Of a stretch of 34,951 nucleotides of DNA, positions 1-11,225 are shown one piece after another. This DNA is from Xylographa opegraphella (lineage: Eukaryota): positions 372,001 to 406,951 of the forward strand of contig JALDZX010000018.1 of the NCBI GenBank assembly GCA_022813865.1, given 5' to 3'. The position numbers and the translations under genes are program-made. Position 1 is the stretch's first letter; each line of letters begins with the position of its first letter. Under the pieces are notes generated by a model, which saw nothing but the letters and a program-made list of their open reading frames with translations, made no database searches and had not been told where the DNA came from.

Positions 1-3000
1 ACCGTGTGTTGCGCAACAGCAGCAACAGCCTCGTCGATACTCTTCGCAGTATTGATGTCTGCGATGATATTCTTCCCTGAAGCGGAAGACCCCACCGTGT
101 CACCGGCTTGCGCTGCCATGGCTACTTTCACAGCCTGGAAGCGAGGGTCTTCAAGCCAGAAGACATCGGCGCTATCGGCCTGGCTAGCCGCGATGGCGAG
201 CTGTGACGGCTCCAGGCCCACAATCAGATGGTCCAACGCGGTTTTGAGGTTTGTCGGTGGCGTCATAGCGATCTCAAAGGAAGCGAGCATTTCTTCCTCG
301 TTGGCGCCATAGATTCCCCTTCGGCGCAGGTCGTCTTCGAGTTCAGGATGTTCGGCAATCCAGCCTACGCCTAGGATCATTGGGAGAATGAGTGAGACTG
401 CGGGTAGACCTTGAACTCTACGGTGCCGGGCCAGCGAATCCATGAATGCGTTTGCCGCAGCGTAATTGCTTTGACCAGGAGTTCCTAGGGTTCCTGATAT
501 CGAACTGGTCATGACGAAGAAGTCCAAACTATGATCCTTGAACGCCTCGTGCAGGTTGAGGGATCCATGGAGCTTCGGGTTGACGGCTTTCCTCCAGCTG
601 TCGATACTCATGTTCTGGAATATCCCGTCCTGATAGTCTGGTTAGGAATCGTAGCAATAATCAAGGTCTATATCCCTACCTCGAGCACCATTGCAGCATT
701 CAGAACCCCACAGATAGGATATCTCCCATCTATACGCTCAATAGCAGTCTCAACATCTTTTTTGGAAGTGACGTCGCTCCGTAAGATTGTCACCTCAACG
801 CCCAACTGTTTTAGGCCTGCCACCAAAGTTGCCGCCGATGGAGACTCTGCACCCGACCTAGACATGAATGCAATATGTTTTGCACCTCTTTCAACCATCC
901 AAGAGGTAAGGCTTCTCCCTAGGCCGCCTAAGCACCCGACGAGAAGATACGTTGCGTCAGATCGGAATCTTAATGAAGGCCTGGGTGGTAAAACCTGCTC
1001 ATTATGGTTGGTCAGTTTTCTGAGGAAAGGGCCATGAGCAGTGGAAGTTGATACCTTCACAAGTGACGATGGCTCATACGAGATCACAAGTTTATCTGTG
1101 CCAAGTCTATTCGAGAAGGAACTTATCAATTTTTCCGAGTTTGATATTTCTCCAACCATCATGGGCAAAGTGTGTATGTCGCCATTGCGATAAAGCTGGA
1201 AGCAACGTTTCAATAGCCTAAATCACCAAAGTCAATGCCCTTCTAGTACAGTATGGATCAAACACCTACCTGGAAAGTATATCAGGCTTCTCTCGGTACA
1301 AGTCTGAAATGTCGAAAGTGAACAGGCTCAAGCCCGCAATCTGTGGAAGAGCACAACGAAGATCATACTTGGATCCATCATTCTCGGCAAAAATGATAAC
1401 TCGTGCGAATGTTGCTAGACCTTTATAGCATTCTCGTAAGTCCTCAGGCCTAGCTGATGCACTGCCGAATATAACATCAACGCCTTGTCCTTCCGTCAAG
1501 TGTTTGATGTGAGTCGACAGCTCATCGCCTTCCGAAAGAACACATTCAGGTGGGAATCCAGAATCTTTAAGCCATTTCCGGGTCTCTTCACAATTTGCGA
1601 CAATCAACGCCTTCGATTTTGTGACTCGACACATCTGTATGGCCGCTAAGCCCGCTGGACCAGTTGCGTCTGTAATAAGCACGACCTGAATTGGTTAGCG
1701 CTGGCGTGTACTCCAAATGAGTTACGTCTCTCACGTCTTCAGATCCGATACGGGCAAGCTCATTCAGTCCATAAATCGCGGTAGCGAAAGCCATTGGTAA
1801 GGTAACCATCATCTATAATGTTTCAATAAGTATTAACTGTAATATTCACAGATCGGTTACCTCGAAAGAATCGCCGTCCGCGATGGGTTGTAATAGCGCA
1901 GCCCGCGTTTGCTGAACTGTTGAAAGGGTATCGAATGACAATCCAACGACCCGATCTCCTATCTTAAACTCGGATACTTCCGGCCCAGTTCTCGTGATAA
2001 TACCGGCAACTTCATGGCTGAGGATGTTGGAGTAACCAGATTCCGCCATAGCCAAATGATCCTAAAGGTTTCAGTATAAAGCAGTTAGAGGAAATGATCT
2101 ATTGACCGACCTCGTTGTTGATACCGATTGCTTCTACTCTCAACTCGACCTGACCGCTCTTTAATACGTCCCTGATACAGTCATCATGCTCAAAGACAAG
2201 TTTCCCGGATTGCAATGCACCTTTCAATGCCGGAGCCTTCTTTAATTCAACAAGCTCCGTATGCGTAGAGTCTATCGTGTACTTGTTGTTTATAGCCTCG
2301 TTCGCAACCAATCGGCATATATGTACGATGCCATGATCTACAAGGTATTCTGTTTCTCCTACATTATTCTCAGTAAGCTGTTGAACTGTAATATCGATAA
2401 CGGTCTTGCTGAGCTGGTCGTTGCTAGTATTATCTTGGTCAACATCAATTGTGACAAGCTTGAGCGACAATTTTTCTGATGTCAAGGCGCGTGCAAAGCC
2501 TGCCGTCATTGCATATTCAGGCTCTCGTCCAGAATAAAGGCCGCCAGCAGTGACCCATACAATAGAGGAAGCCTGTTCCGTCAGTTTCTGAATACTTCTC
2601 ATTTCGTCTTCTTGTAGTGTGGCCAAAACTGGTCCTTCAAGCTCAGCCAGCATGATAACATGCTCGTCACGTTGGTGCTTGACATTCTTAAGAGCTTGAG
2701 ACCGCACACTCCAACCACGCGCATTGCATTGCTTTATCAGTAAAGGGACCAGCAGATGAGGCGCATTACGGTAAACCTATAATCACGGCTTACATTAGCA
2801 CACTCTTGCAGAATCCATGGACTGGGTAATTACAATCAGATCAAGTCGATAAGAATTAAGCAATAAGCAAACATCCAACAATGACAAAGATGTAGCATTG
2901 TTTGAAGTGCCAAAGTACTTTGAGTGGATGCGGGGGGCTGCAATAAAGATTGGTACATACCAGAAGAACCGTCTGCCGCGACGGTGGGATGCTGGAGCTG

Positions 3001-6000
3001 ATAGCACTGTTTGGCTGAACCCTAGACAGCATGGTCGAACAGCTGTTTTGGATATCGTGGAAATAACAGTCGATCCCTGTGAAACCAGCGAGTGGCAGAA
3101 CAGGCGCCCAAGCGCTTTCAGTGCCGACGCTCTCTGCAAGGAGCAGACGTCCACCCGGAGCCAGGAGGCGGCGTATGTTCCGAAGAGCTACAATTTGCCC
3201 AGGTAGTAACCCAGTTGAGATTACCAGATCGAAAGGGCTGTCAAATATGTTTCCTTCACGAACAAGGGCGTCAGTGACAAATTGGGCAAATTTTAAAGAC
3301 TCAAGTTCCGGAAGGCTCTGCTTCAAATTGAGCATAGCATTCTCGGAATCGGCAGTAGCCGTGAGGTTGATGCTCTTTTGATTAGCGACAATCGCTGGTG
3401 TCTGCTTTCCGCCAATATCGAGAATTCTCAGTGCAGCATTTTTGTGGACCAAAAGGCTGACCAACGAACCCACATCTGGCCGCGAAAATATACTTACCTC
3501 CTTCGGAGATTCAAGGTGGTCAATATCAGCTTTCCACTCCATTCTCGTGTATGGCTGCGGTTTGATAATTTTTGAGGTGCTAAGTGGCACAGCTGCCTCA
3601 TAAGAAGCACAGCGTACTCCAACAAAATCAGCAACGAGCTGCCCGTCGCTACCGACAAGCTGAGCATTAGCTAGGAAGGTACGAGCGCCGTGCTTTGGCG
3701 TCCATGCATACGACTTGGCATGAGGATTTGATAGCTGGTTTGAGGTGGGGTTCCAGATGGTAACCTCCGCAAAGCCGGTAGACACCATACCACACGTGAC
3801 ATCATTCAGTTTCCCAGCATAGATTGCGGGGATGATCAGGTGGACCAGCGAATCGATGCAGCCTGGGTGTAGTGCATACCGAGATTCGTCTTCTATAATA
3901 CCACATTCTTGCTTGACAACCGAGTCCGCAGTTGCTGCGTAAGTCTTTCCATCCGAGCGAACATTGATCATATCCTGAAAGGTACCGCCGTAGTCGAACC
4001 CGACTTCTTGAAATCTTTGAGTCCATGAACGAGCACTGGTGCACAGCGGTAAGATTGGAGGAGCTGCTGGTTCTGGTCCTGAAAGCTATTTAGCCTCAAT
4101 TCGGTCTCACATGAGCGATACAGCTTTGAGACTTACTCTTGCGGGTATAGATTCCAACTGTGCCAGCTGCATGCTCATTCCAAACACCATGATAGTGGGA
4201 TGATATCACGAAACCGTACGACGTGTTCGAGAGAGCTTCACCTGCGTTCATTGATTCATTACCCACTGGTCGTAAGCTAAAAAGCACTTCGACACCTTCG
4301 TCGTTATCCGGGATGACTAGTGCAGTTTTTATTGAGATGTTCTTCAAAGTGTAGGCAGATATCTGAAGCGGATCAGCCGAGTCAGAGTTCATCTGTGTTA
4401 GCGCTTCGATAGCCATAGCTATATATCCAGCACCGGGGAAAAGAGCCTCGCCGCCGATCTGGTTATGGCAATGTTAGAAGCATCATGAGAGGGTCGCGTG
4501 TATGCTAAGACCTACAGTATGATGTCTGAGCCATGGCACATCTTTATGGCGCAATAGATTTCGCCATACAGGCTGGGAAGGGTTCAGTCCGGGTAGCCTT
4601 CTCCCCAAAATATCGTGACGAGGATGTTTATGTTGACGGTGCTCCTGGGTATGGCGTGATTCCTGCCAATACTCCTTTGAGTAGGTCCATTGGTATGTTG
4701 GGAGGTCAAGAACAAGGTTTCCTTCAATGTGGCCAATTCTTCCGTCCTCCTGCAGAGTTTCTACTTGTGTAACCAAGGTGATGTCAATCGAGGTATCTCT
4801 TGACCACAGATCGCCAGCGAGCCTCAACATCTGCTCCCCGTCATGTTGCTTTCGCAGCAATGTCGGTACGTAGGACAATGCAGTATAATTGTACTCAGAA
4901 CATATTTGTCGTATTGGTGCAGAAAGGGCGTTGTGAGGGCCTATTTCTACCAAGACACGACCATTGGGATATAATCCAGCCATTGTTTGTATAGCCTGAT
5001 TGAAGAGGACTGGAGAAACAAGATTTCTAATCCAGTAGGAGGAGTCCGGGATGTTCTGACCCATGCTTGAGCCAGTAACGGAAGAGATCATATCGCATCT
5101 ATGAGCTCGATGATATTTGTGGGTAGTCCTAATCCCGGCGGCCCTCAGATATCTTTCATAAATATTCGCAGCTTTTGCCATGTGATGTGAATGATACGCC
5201 TTACCCCCAGTATGAAGCACTCTGGCGAAGATGTGGACCTCCTGGAAAGTCAACCGGAGTTCTTCTATGGCGTCGGCATCCCCACTGAGCGTGACGCTAT
5301 CTGGAGAGTTATGGCAAGCGACCACAACCCTATCATAATACTTATCAAGGTATTTGCTCGCTAGGATAGCTCCAACACCAACTGCTAGCATTGCACCGTT
5401 CCCAGTCAGCGAAGACATGACCTTACCACGATAATATGCAGCTGTGATCGCATCCTCCGCAGAAATGTAGCCAGCCGCATAAGCTGCGGCGATCTCCCCT
5501 TTTCCGAATTAGCTTTACTCATCGACCAAAACTAGTCAATGTACCTGACGAATGTCCAACTGTCACAACAGGAAAGATATTCCAGCGACCGAGGATGTCT
5601 ACTAGGGCCAACTGGAGAGCCGTGCATAAAGGCTGCGACAACTCAGGTTCACCGATACGACTTGAAGCAGAAGCCTCAAGAAGTGAGTCTATAGCGCAGC
5701 TTTTAGTGAGTATGGTTCGACGAACTTTGGGGTTTGCCTCATACCTCGAATCGTCCATGTTGGTGGATCCGGAAGCCAAGCAAGTACTCTGTCTAATTCT
5801 TCGATTGTCTGCACAAACGAGGGGTAGAGCTCGAAAAGTTCGGCGCCCATTCGTGCCCATTGAGCGCCTTGACCAGTAAAAACGAACGCAACAGAAGCAG
5901 GATCTTTGGTCTTAATTACCGTATGGGATGCCTTCAGAATATCAACTTGAAGGGACTGTGTTCGACAGATTCCAAATGTCCGAAACGAGAGCTTCGAGCG

Positions 6001-7923
6001 TCTGCTTGCTAGCGTGTAAGCAAGATCAGGAAGATTGACGGTGTCTTCGATGTTCGAGTAAGCATCTAGGTTGCGCATCAATGTGGGCTTATCGTGAGCC
6101 GAGAAAACCAGGATATGTGGTCGGTTTGAAGTCGTCTTTGAGCCTGCTTCATCACGAATGGAATGCTGGCGTGGTAATGTAGAGTGAGCATTATCAATGA
6201 TAACATGTCCGTTCGTACCGCCGTATCCAGACGCGCTTATGCCGACTCTACGAAAGGGAAGGGAAGGAGGGAAAAAAGAAGGCTCGGTTACGACTTTAAC
6301 CTGCAACTCGTCCCATTGTACTGTTGGCGTCTTTCAGCCAAATTCACCGACCGAGATATAGTGGACAAATACTCACTCTTCTTGTTGAGCACAGAAATCC
6401 CAGCTGTGGGTGGGATGATCCCTTTCTCAACAGCCAGGATCGCCTTAATCATCGTAGAAATGCTACTTGAGGCTTCGCTATGGCCAATGTTTGGTTTCAC
6501 CTGGTAACTGCAATTAAGTAACAATTCAGATATATGGCTCAATAACTTACACTTCCAATCAGGATAGGTTCTCCGGATCGCATCGGACTGGACATGGCCA
6601 TCGAAATTGCTCGTACTTCGATTGGATCGCCCACAGGTGTCCCTATTGGGATATAAGTATCGAGATAGAGGCCTGCCTAATTCTTCTGGTGTTTCCATAC
6701 CTGTTCCATGACATTCAACGTAACTCGTGAAATTCGCATCCAAATCCGCTCTTTTGTATGCGGCAACAATTGCATCAGCTTGACCCTGGGCACTTGGAGA
6801 TGTGAATCCCACTCCAGCGACCCTTGGGTTGCTATAGAGAAGAAAGTTTCAGTTTTCCACCCATTGACGAGGGGACAGTTCGACTGACGAGTTTACAGCA
6901 CTTGAGCGAATGATCGCGCGGACATTATCACCATCTCGAAGTGCATCGTCCAAGCGTTTGATATATAAAGCGCCAATACCCTCAGCGCGGCCGTACCCAT
7001 CAGCCGATTCGTCGTAAGTATGGCAGGTCGACGTTGGAGACAAGACGCCAAGCTTTGCAGTGTTCATGTGCTGATCTACAGTCAGTAACAAGTTGGTGCC
7101 ACCGACGATTGCCCCGTCACATTCACGATTCCGGATTGCATTGCAAGCGTTATGGAGAGCATAGAGCGATGATGAGCATGCGGTGTTAACCATGATACTG
7201 TCTCAAATTAGCTTTCTTCACGAACTGTATTCTTTTCCTTATGTGAGACCAACCTGGGACCACGAAGATTGAAGACATGACTGATCCTGTTACTGATGAT
7301 ACCAGGATCGACACCCGTTGCGCTGTACGCGTGGCGGAAGTCAGGCTCTTTGAAAGACATTTGTTGGAAGTCGCTCGTGAAGCAGCCCACAAAGCATCCG
7401 GTGGCAGTCCCAGACATCTTCTCCATGGGAAATCCACCGCTCTCAAACGCTTCGTATACCACCTCGAGCAGTTTTCGTTGCTGCGGATCCATCAACAATG
7501 CCTCGATTGGTGATATGCCAAACAGAACTGGATCGAACTCCTGGCAACTACCCTCGAGGAAATAGCCGCCGGGAACATTGAAGCTTCCTGGACGGTCAAG
7601 TCTCTCGTGGTAGTGTCCGTCGATGTTGAAGCGGCTTGAAGGAACTCTGACGGAGTTGGCAATCCGCTTTGCCATGATGGCTTTCCACAACTCCAAAGGG
7701 GAGTTGATATCTCCCGGAAGACGACATCCTTTGCAAGAATTCTGTAAGCACTATGACATAAATATCGGGATTCCTGAGAATTCGTACCCATTCCAACGAT
7801 AGCGATAGGCTCCAGGCCATTTTTGCCCGCACCATTCGTGTCTAGTATAGGCGATGAAGAGCACTGGGACGGTGTAGAGACATTGACGGGGCTACCATCA
7901 ATGGATCCATCCTGGATACTCAT
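1..7923 (-). CDS. Highly reducing iterative type I polyketide synthase (KS-AT-DH-pseudoMT-ER(degenerate)-KR-[ACP outside window]); 3' end truncated by window edge; about 17 introns in window
   Basis: ATG at 7923 (MSIQDGS...EPIAIVGMG/CRLPG). KS: MDPQQRKLLE, VNTACSSS (Cys codon 7176-7178), YVECHGTGT, KPNIGHSE. AT: FTGQGAQW, GHSS/GEIAAAYAAG, AYHSHHM. DH: WLRHHT/IGGEALFPG, LHPGCID. KR: TYLLVGCLGGLGRS, VLE/DGIF, SSISGTLGTPGQSNYAAAN. The ORF fragments join in frame across GT-AG introns, e.g. 7787-7729, 7253-7198, 2960-2777, 1054-995, 679-630. The frame is still open at position 1. Confidence 0.97.
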
Positions 7924-10900
7924 TGCAGATATACACGGGCAAAGACAGTACAACCATAGAAGATTTACGAGCACGCCGAATGACGAGTCAAGGAAGAGGG
8001 CAAAGGAACAGGAGATATATTCCTCTCGTCGACAGCATTAGATTGAACGCCCGCTTCTATATTTGGTGGGGGGAAAGGCGTTCTCTCCATTCACTTAAGC
8101 TGTTTCCAAGGATTCCCATTCCCTGGGCAGCTCGATTGCGCAAGAGGGGGCTAAGGCCACGCCGAGAACGTACCGGATGGCGACTCGGATGCAGGAGATC
8201 GTGACGATAACGCTATCAAGAGACTTCCTCATGAATGCCAGGTCCCGAGCCCGAGGACCGGACCAGACTAACGCATCCATGACCCGCCTCGATGACTTGC
8301 CTCGAAGGCCAAGTGTTTCGAAACGGCGACGCTGAAGCTCTCGCCTCCGTGCCCAGGCTTCGGAGGTCTAACGCCTTCCAGGCCAGGATCAGGAGGACGC
8401 GGTCGCCGGGTAGGAGAGCGTCGGGCCGGGCGTCATGCTGGCGGAGAAGCATCATCGGCTCGCAACGCTAGGCAGGGGGGGTTTGCTGGATGCTGAAGCC
8501 TGAAGGATAGACGTTGAGCGGATTCTTCACGGCCAACCTAGCAGTATCGTGGAGCACGTCGGGTCCACCAGTAAGCACGCTAAAATGCTGAAACTGTGGT
8601 CGAAGTGCAAGCATGGGATGAGATCCGATCCCAACCCGCATCCTGTCAGCTCGATACTTCCAGCAGATTGACAGGCGATCCAGGAGATCCAGGACAGCGG
8701 AGATTATTGGAAAGCCCGCGTGTATAACGGCAGTCGCAGTGACGCAATTTAGGGCATTGACTTAAGCTTGTATCCGACGATGTTGGGAATCCGCCACGGC
8801 TGGGCTAGCCGATATCAGGTGGCGAAGCCGAACGGCGACCGCTGATTCAGCAGGAGGGCAGCCAATCAGGTAAGCATCAAGACTCTACCCGGGCAGTCCT
8901 TCCCTGCAGTCACCTTTACATGCACCGCCCAAAACAAGCAGTATTTGAGGTAAGGTACAGCCTCTTCGTGGGTCTAAGATCCCCCCCCCACCCCCCCGTG
9001 ACTTCGACAGGACTGATCAGTTGGGCGCTGATTCTAACGGCGGCCCGGGTAGAATTCTCTAAACTTGCAGGCCTCGAAAGAAGCCGTGTGGCATGAAACC
9101 TTCGCTCGAGAAAGCTAAGCAGGCAGGGAAGCCAGAGGAGCGGGTACCTGAAGACCGTCCCCACACTGTACCCGTGCCTGAGAATATGTTCCTCCAACGG
9201 GGCACAACGGCCCCGTGTCAGGTTCAGTGACCTGGGGCCGGAGGCTGAGTCCGTTATATGCTTCGTCTCGGGTGAGTAAAGCGGTGCATTGCCGTTGGCC
9301 CGGAGAAGGGTGCATCGATCCCCCACCGCGTATCAGGGGTTCGGGGTCACGGCGGTCTGGAGTCAATCTCTGGAGCAGAGCAATGATCATGCCGCATCAG
9401 AAAGCCCGTGGCTGTAAAAAATGAGACTGGGATTGACGATGAGCGTACCCACGCCTGCGACGTGCCTCAGATAAGTCCACGCGGAAATGTATCGGTAGAC
9501 GGATGTCAAATGGAGGGGGTGCGAATAGCGCACGAAGGCCAGCACTTTATCCATTCTGACACTGGCCAACGTCTGCGCTAGTGGAAAGCAATACGATAAG
9601 AATCACGATTTCATCGTTGTTTGCCCCTCATGTGCATCCCGTCTGGGAAGTCCCGCGCCGCCATAAGACTAGGCCCTTACCTTATACCAGTGGGTGCCCC
9701 TGATACGGTACGGTCCGGGGCATCAACAGACTGTGCATAGGGGCACTCTCACACGCTCTGTGACGGTGTCCTCCCTGTACCCCAGCAGTATATGCAGAAG
9801 ACCTGAGGGGTCTCCGAGGTTGATGCCGTCCATATTCGCAACAACGGCCGCGCTTGCTCGAAAGAGGCTTGTACTAGGTAACGTGCCGTAGTAAAAGGGG
9901 CTAAGTTCCCTTTAGCTGATCTCCGTCACGGGCCGAGACGGCACGCTAGTCCTAGTCCAAGCAATATCGCGCTAGAACGATGCGGCTAACGCACTCCCTA
10001 TCACACGCACGCATGGCTGATAACTTCGCCGCAATTGCGCACAATGACCCCCTTCGAGACCATGGCGTTGTGCTGCCCCGGAGTCTGTACAGAGTAAGAT
10101 CCTGCGACCCGTACATGGCGCCCACTTGCCTCACGGCCACAGCATTTGATGTGCATTCTTCTGCAGGGAAGTTCATCCTTTCGTGACCTGCTCATGGCAC
10201 CCTAAGGTACTCTCCCACAGCATGTCGGACTTGCCTGTGTCACCATGCCGAATATGGCCGACTTACTCTACCTTGCTACGTTACCTTACTACCTTTACTC
10301 AGCTGACTAGTTGTTGAAGGCCCAATGCTCGTATTCTGTCGCCGATCAACAGGATACGTGGAATGGTGAAATGGATGCAACCTTTGCGCCCACCCCTCCC
10401 CGAGGCAACACAGAACTCCACAGTGCCAATACCCAGCTCTGTGCATTGTGGAGCGCGACTCTCTGTATCCGGTGAAACGTCCGAGGTGCTAATGCCGCCA
10501 AAAGCTGGACTCACTGGCTAGAATATCATTACGATCAGTCCAGACTCCCGTGGGACACTGCCGTGCTGTACAGATTCTTCCCAACAGTGTGCTTGCCGAG
10601 CAACACAATTCCTGAAGTCGCAAACTTATTCACCGAGGAAAAGTCCAGCCTGAAGAGATACCACGAACATTCAATCTCTGCGCCTGCTTTGGAATACAGT
10701 CGTGGAAGTCTTCGACCCACGCCGATGCCTCCATGTCCCGATGCCTCGTTTCGTCCTGAAACCGAACTTCGACCTTGTCCCCACCGACTGTAACCCTCAT
10801 CGACGTCTGAGTTGAGTTGCCTCCTGATGCTCATCAAGCATTATCCCGGAATGACTGTCCGGGGTCAACACTAGCCAATGTGGCGTAGCTCTTGAATCCT

Positions 10901-11225
10901 CGATTCTCATAGGAGGATCCATCTATCAAATGGCTACGATAGTTGAGCTCTACTTTATGGATGTGCGACGGCCATGGAAGTACCCCATAACTGTGCCTCC
11001 TATTCTGCTTTGGTTCTGGAGTATCGTCCCCAGATCTCTGAGTCCAAGCACGTACTCCCACTAAAAGCATAGTGGATTCCCACATTGGTAGTCTGACTGT
11101 TGGCATTCCATATGAGGGTCTTGTTCTCTGGATTTCCTCAGCTCCTATAGCGTGTTCCTCCTTTCATGAGACTCCACCTTTCGTGATACCGACCTCACCC
11201 ACAATAAAGTGTCAATCTTTCAAAC

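Noticed and set aside
2777..2960. Long PKS intron as a MITE or hidden exon
   Set aside because: No terminal inverted repeats or target-site duplication seen, and the flanking exons join in frame (QTVLL/VYRN).
1..7923. PKS as a fragmented pseudogene or several separate genes
   Set aside because: Every break between ORF fragments I examined is bridged in frame by a GT-AG intron with a plausible branch site, and the catalytic motifs are intact.
8000..11200. Telomerase RNA, RNase P/MRP RNA or TPP riboswitch
   Set aside because: I saw no TAACCCTAA template. GGGAAGTCC (about 9645) and GCCTGAGAAT (about 9176) resemble single conserved boxes but the partner motifs are missing. An Rfam scan would be needed to exclude them fully.
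7924..11225. Short ORFs (60-136 aa) in the intergenic region as real genes
   Set aside because: No recognisable motifs, Arg/Pro/Ser-rich composition typical of chance ORFs in GC-rich DNA, and several begin at non-ATG codons.
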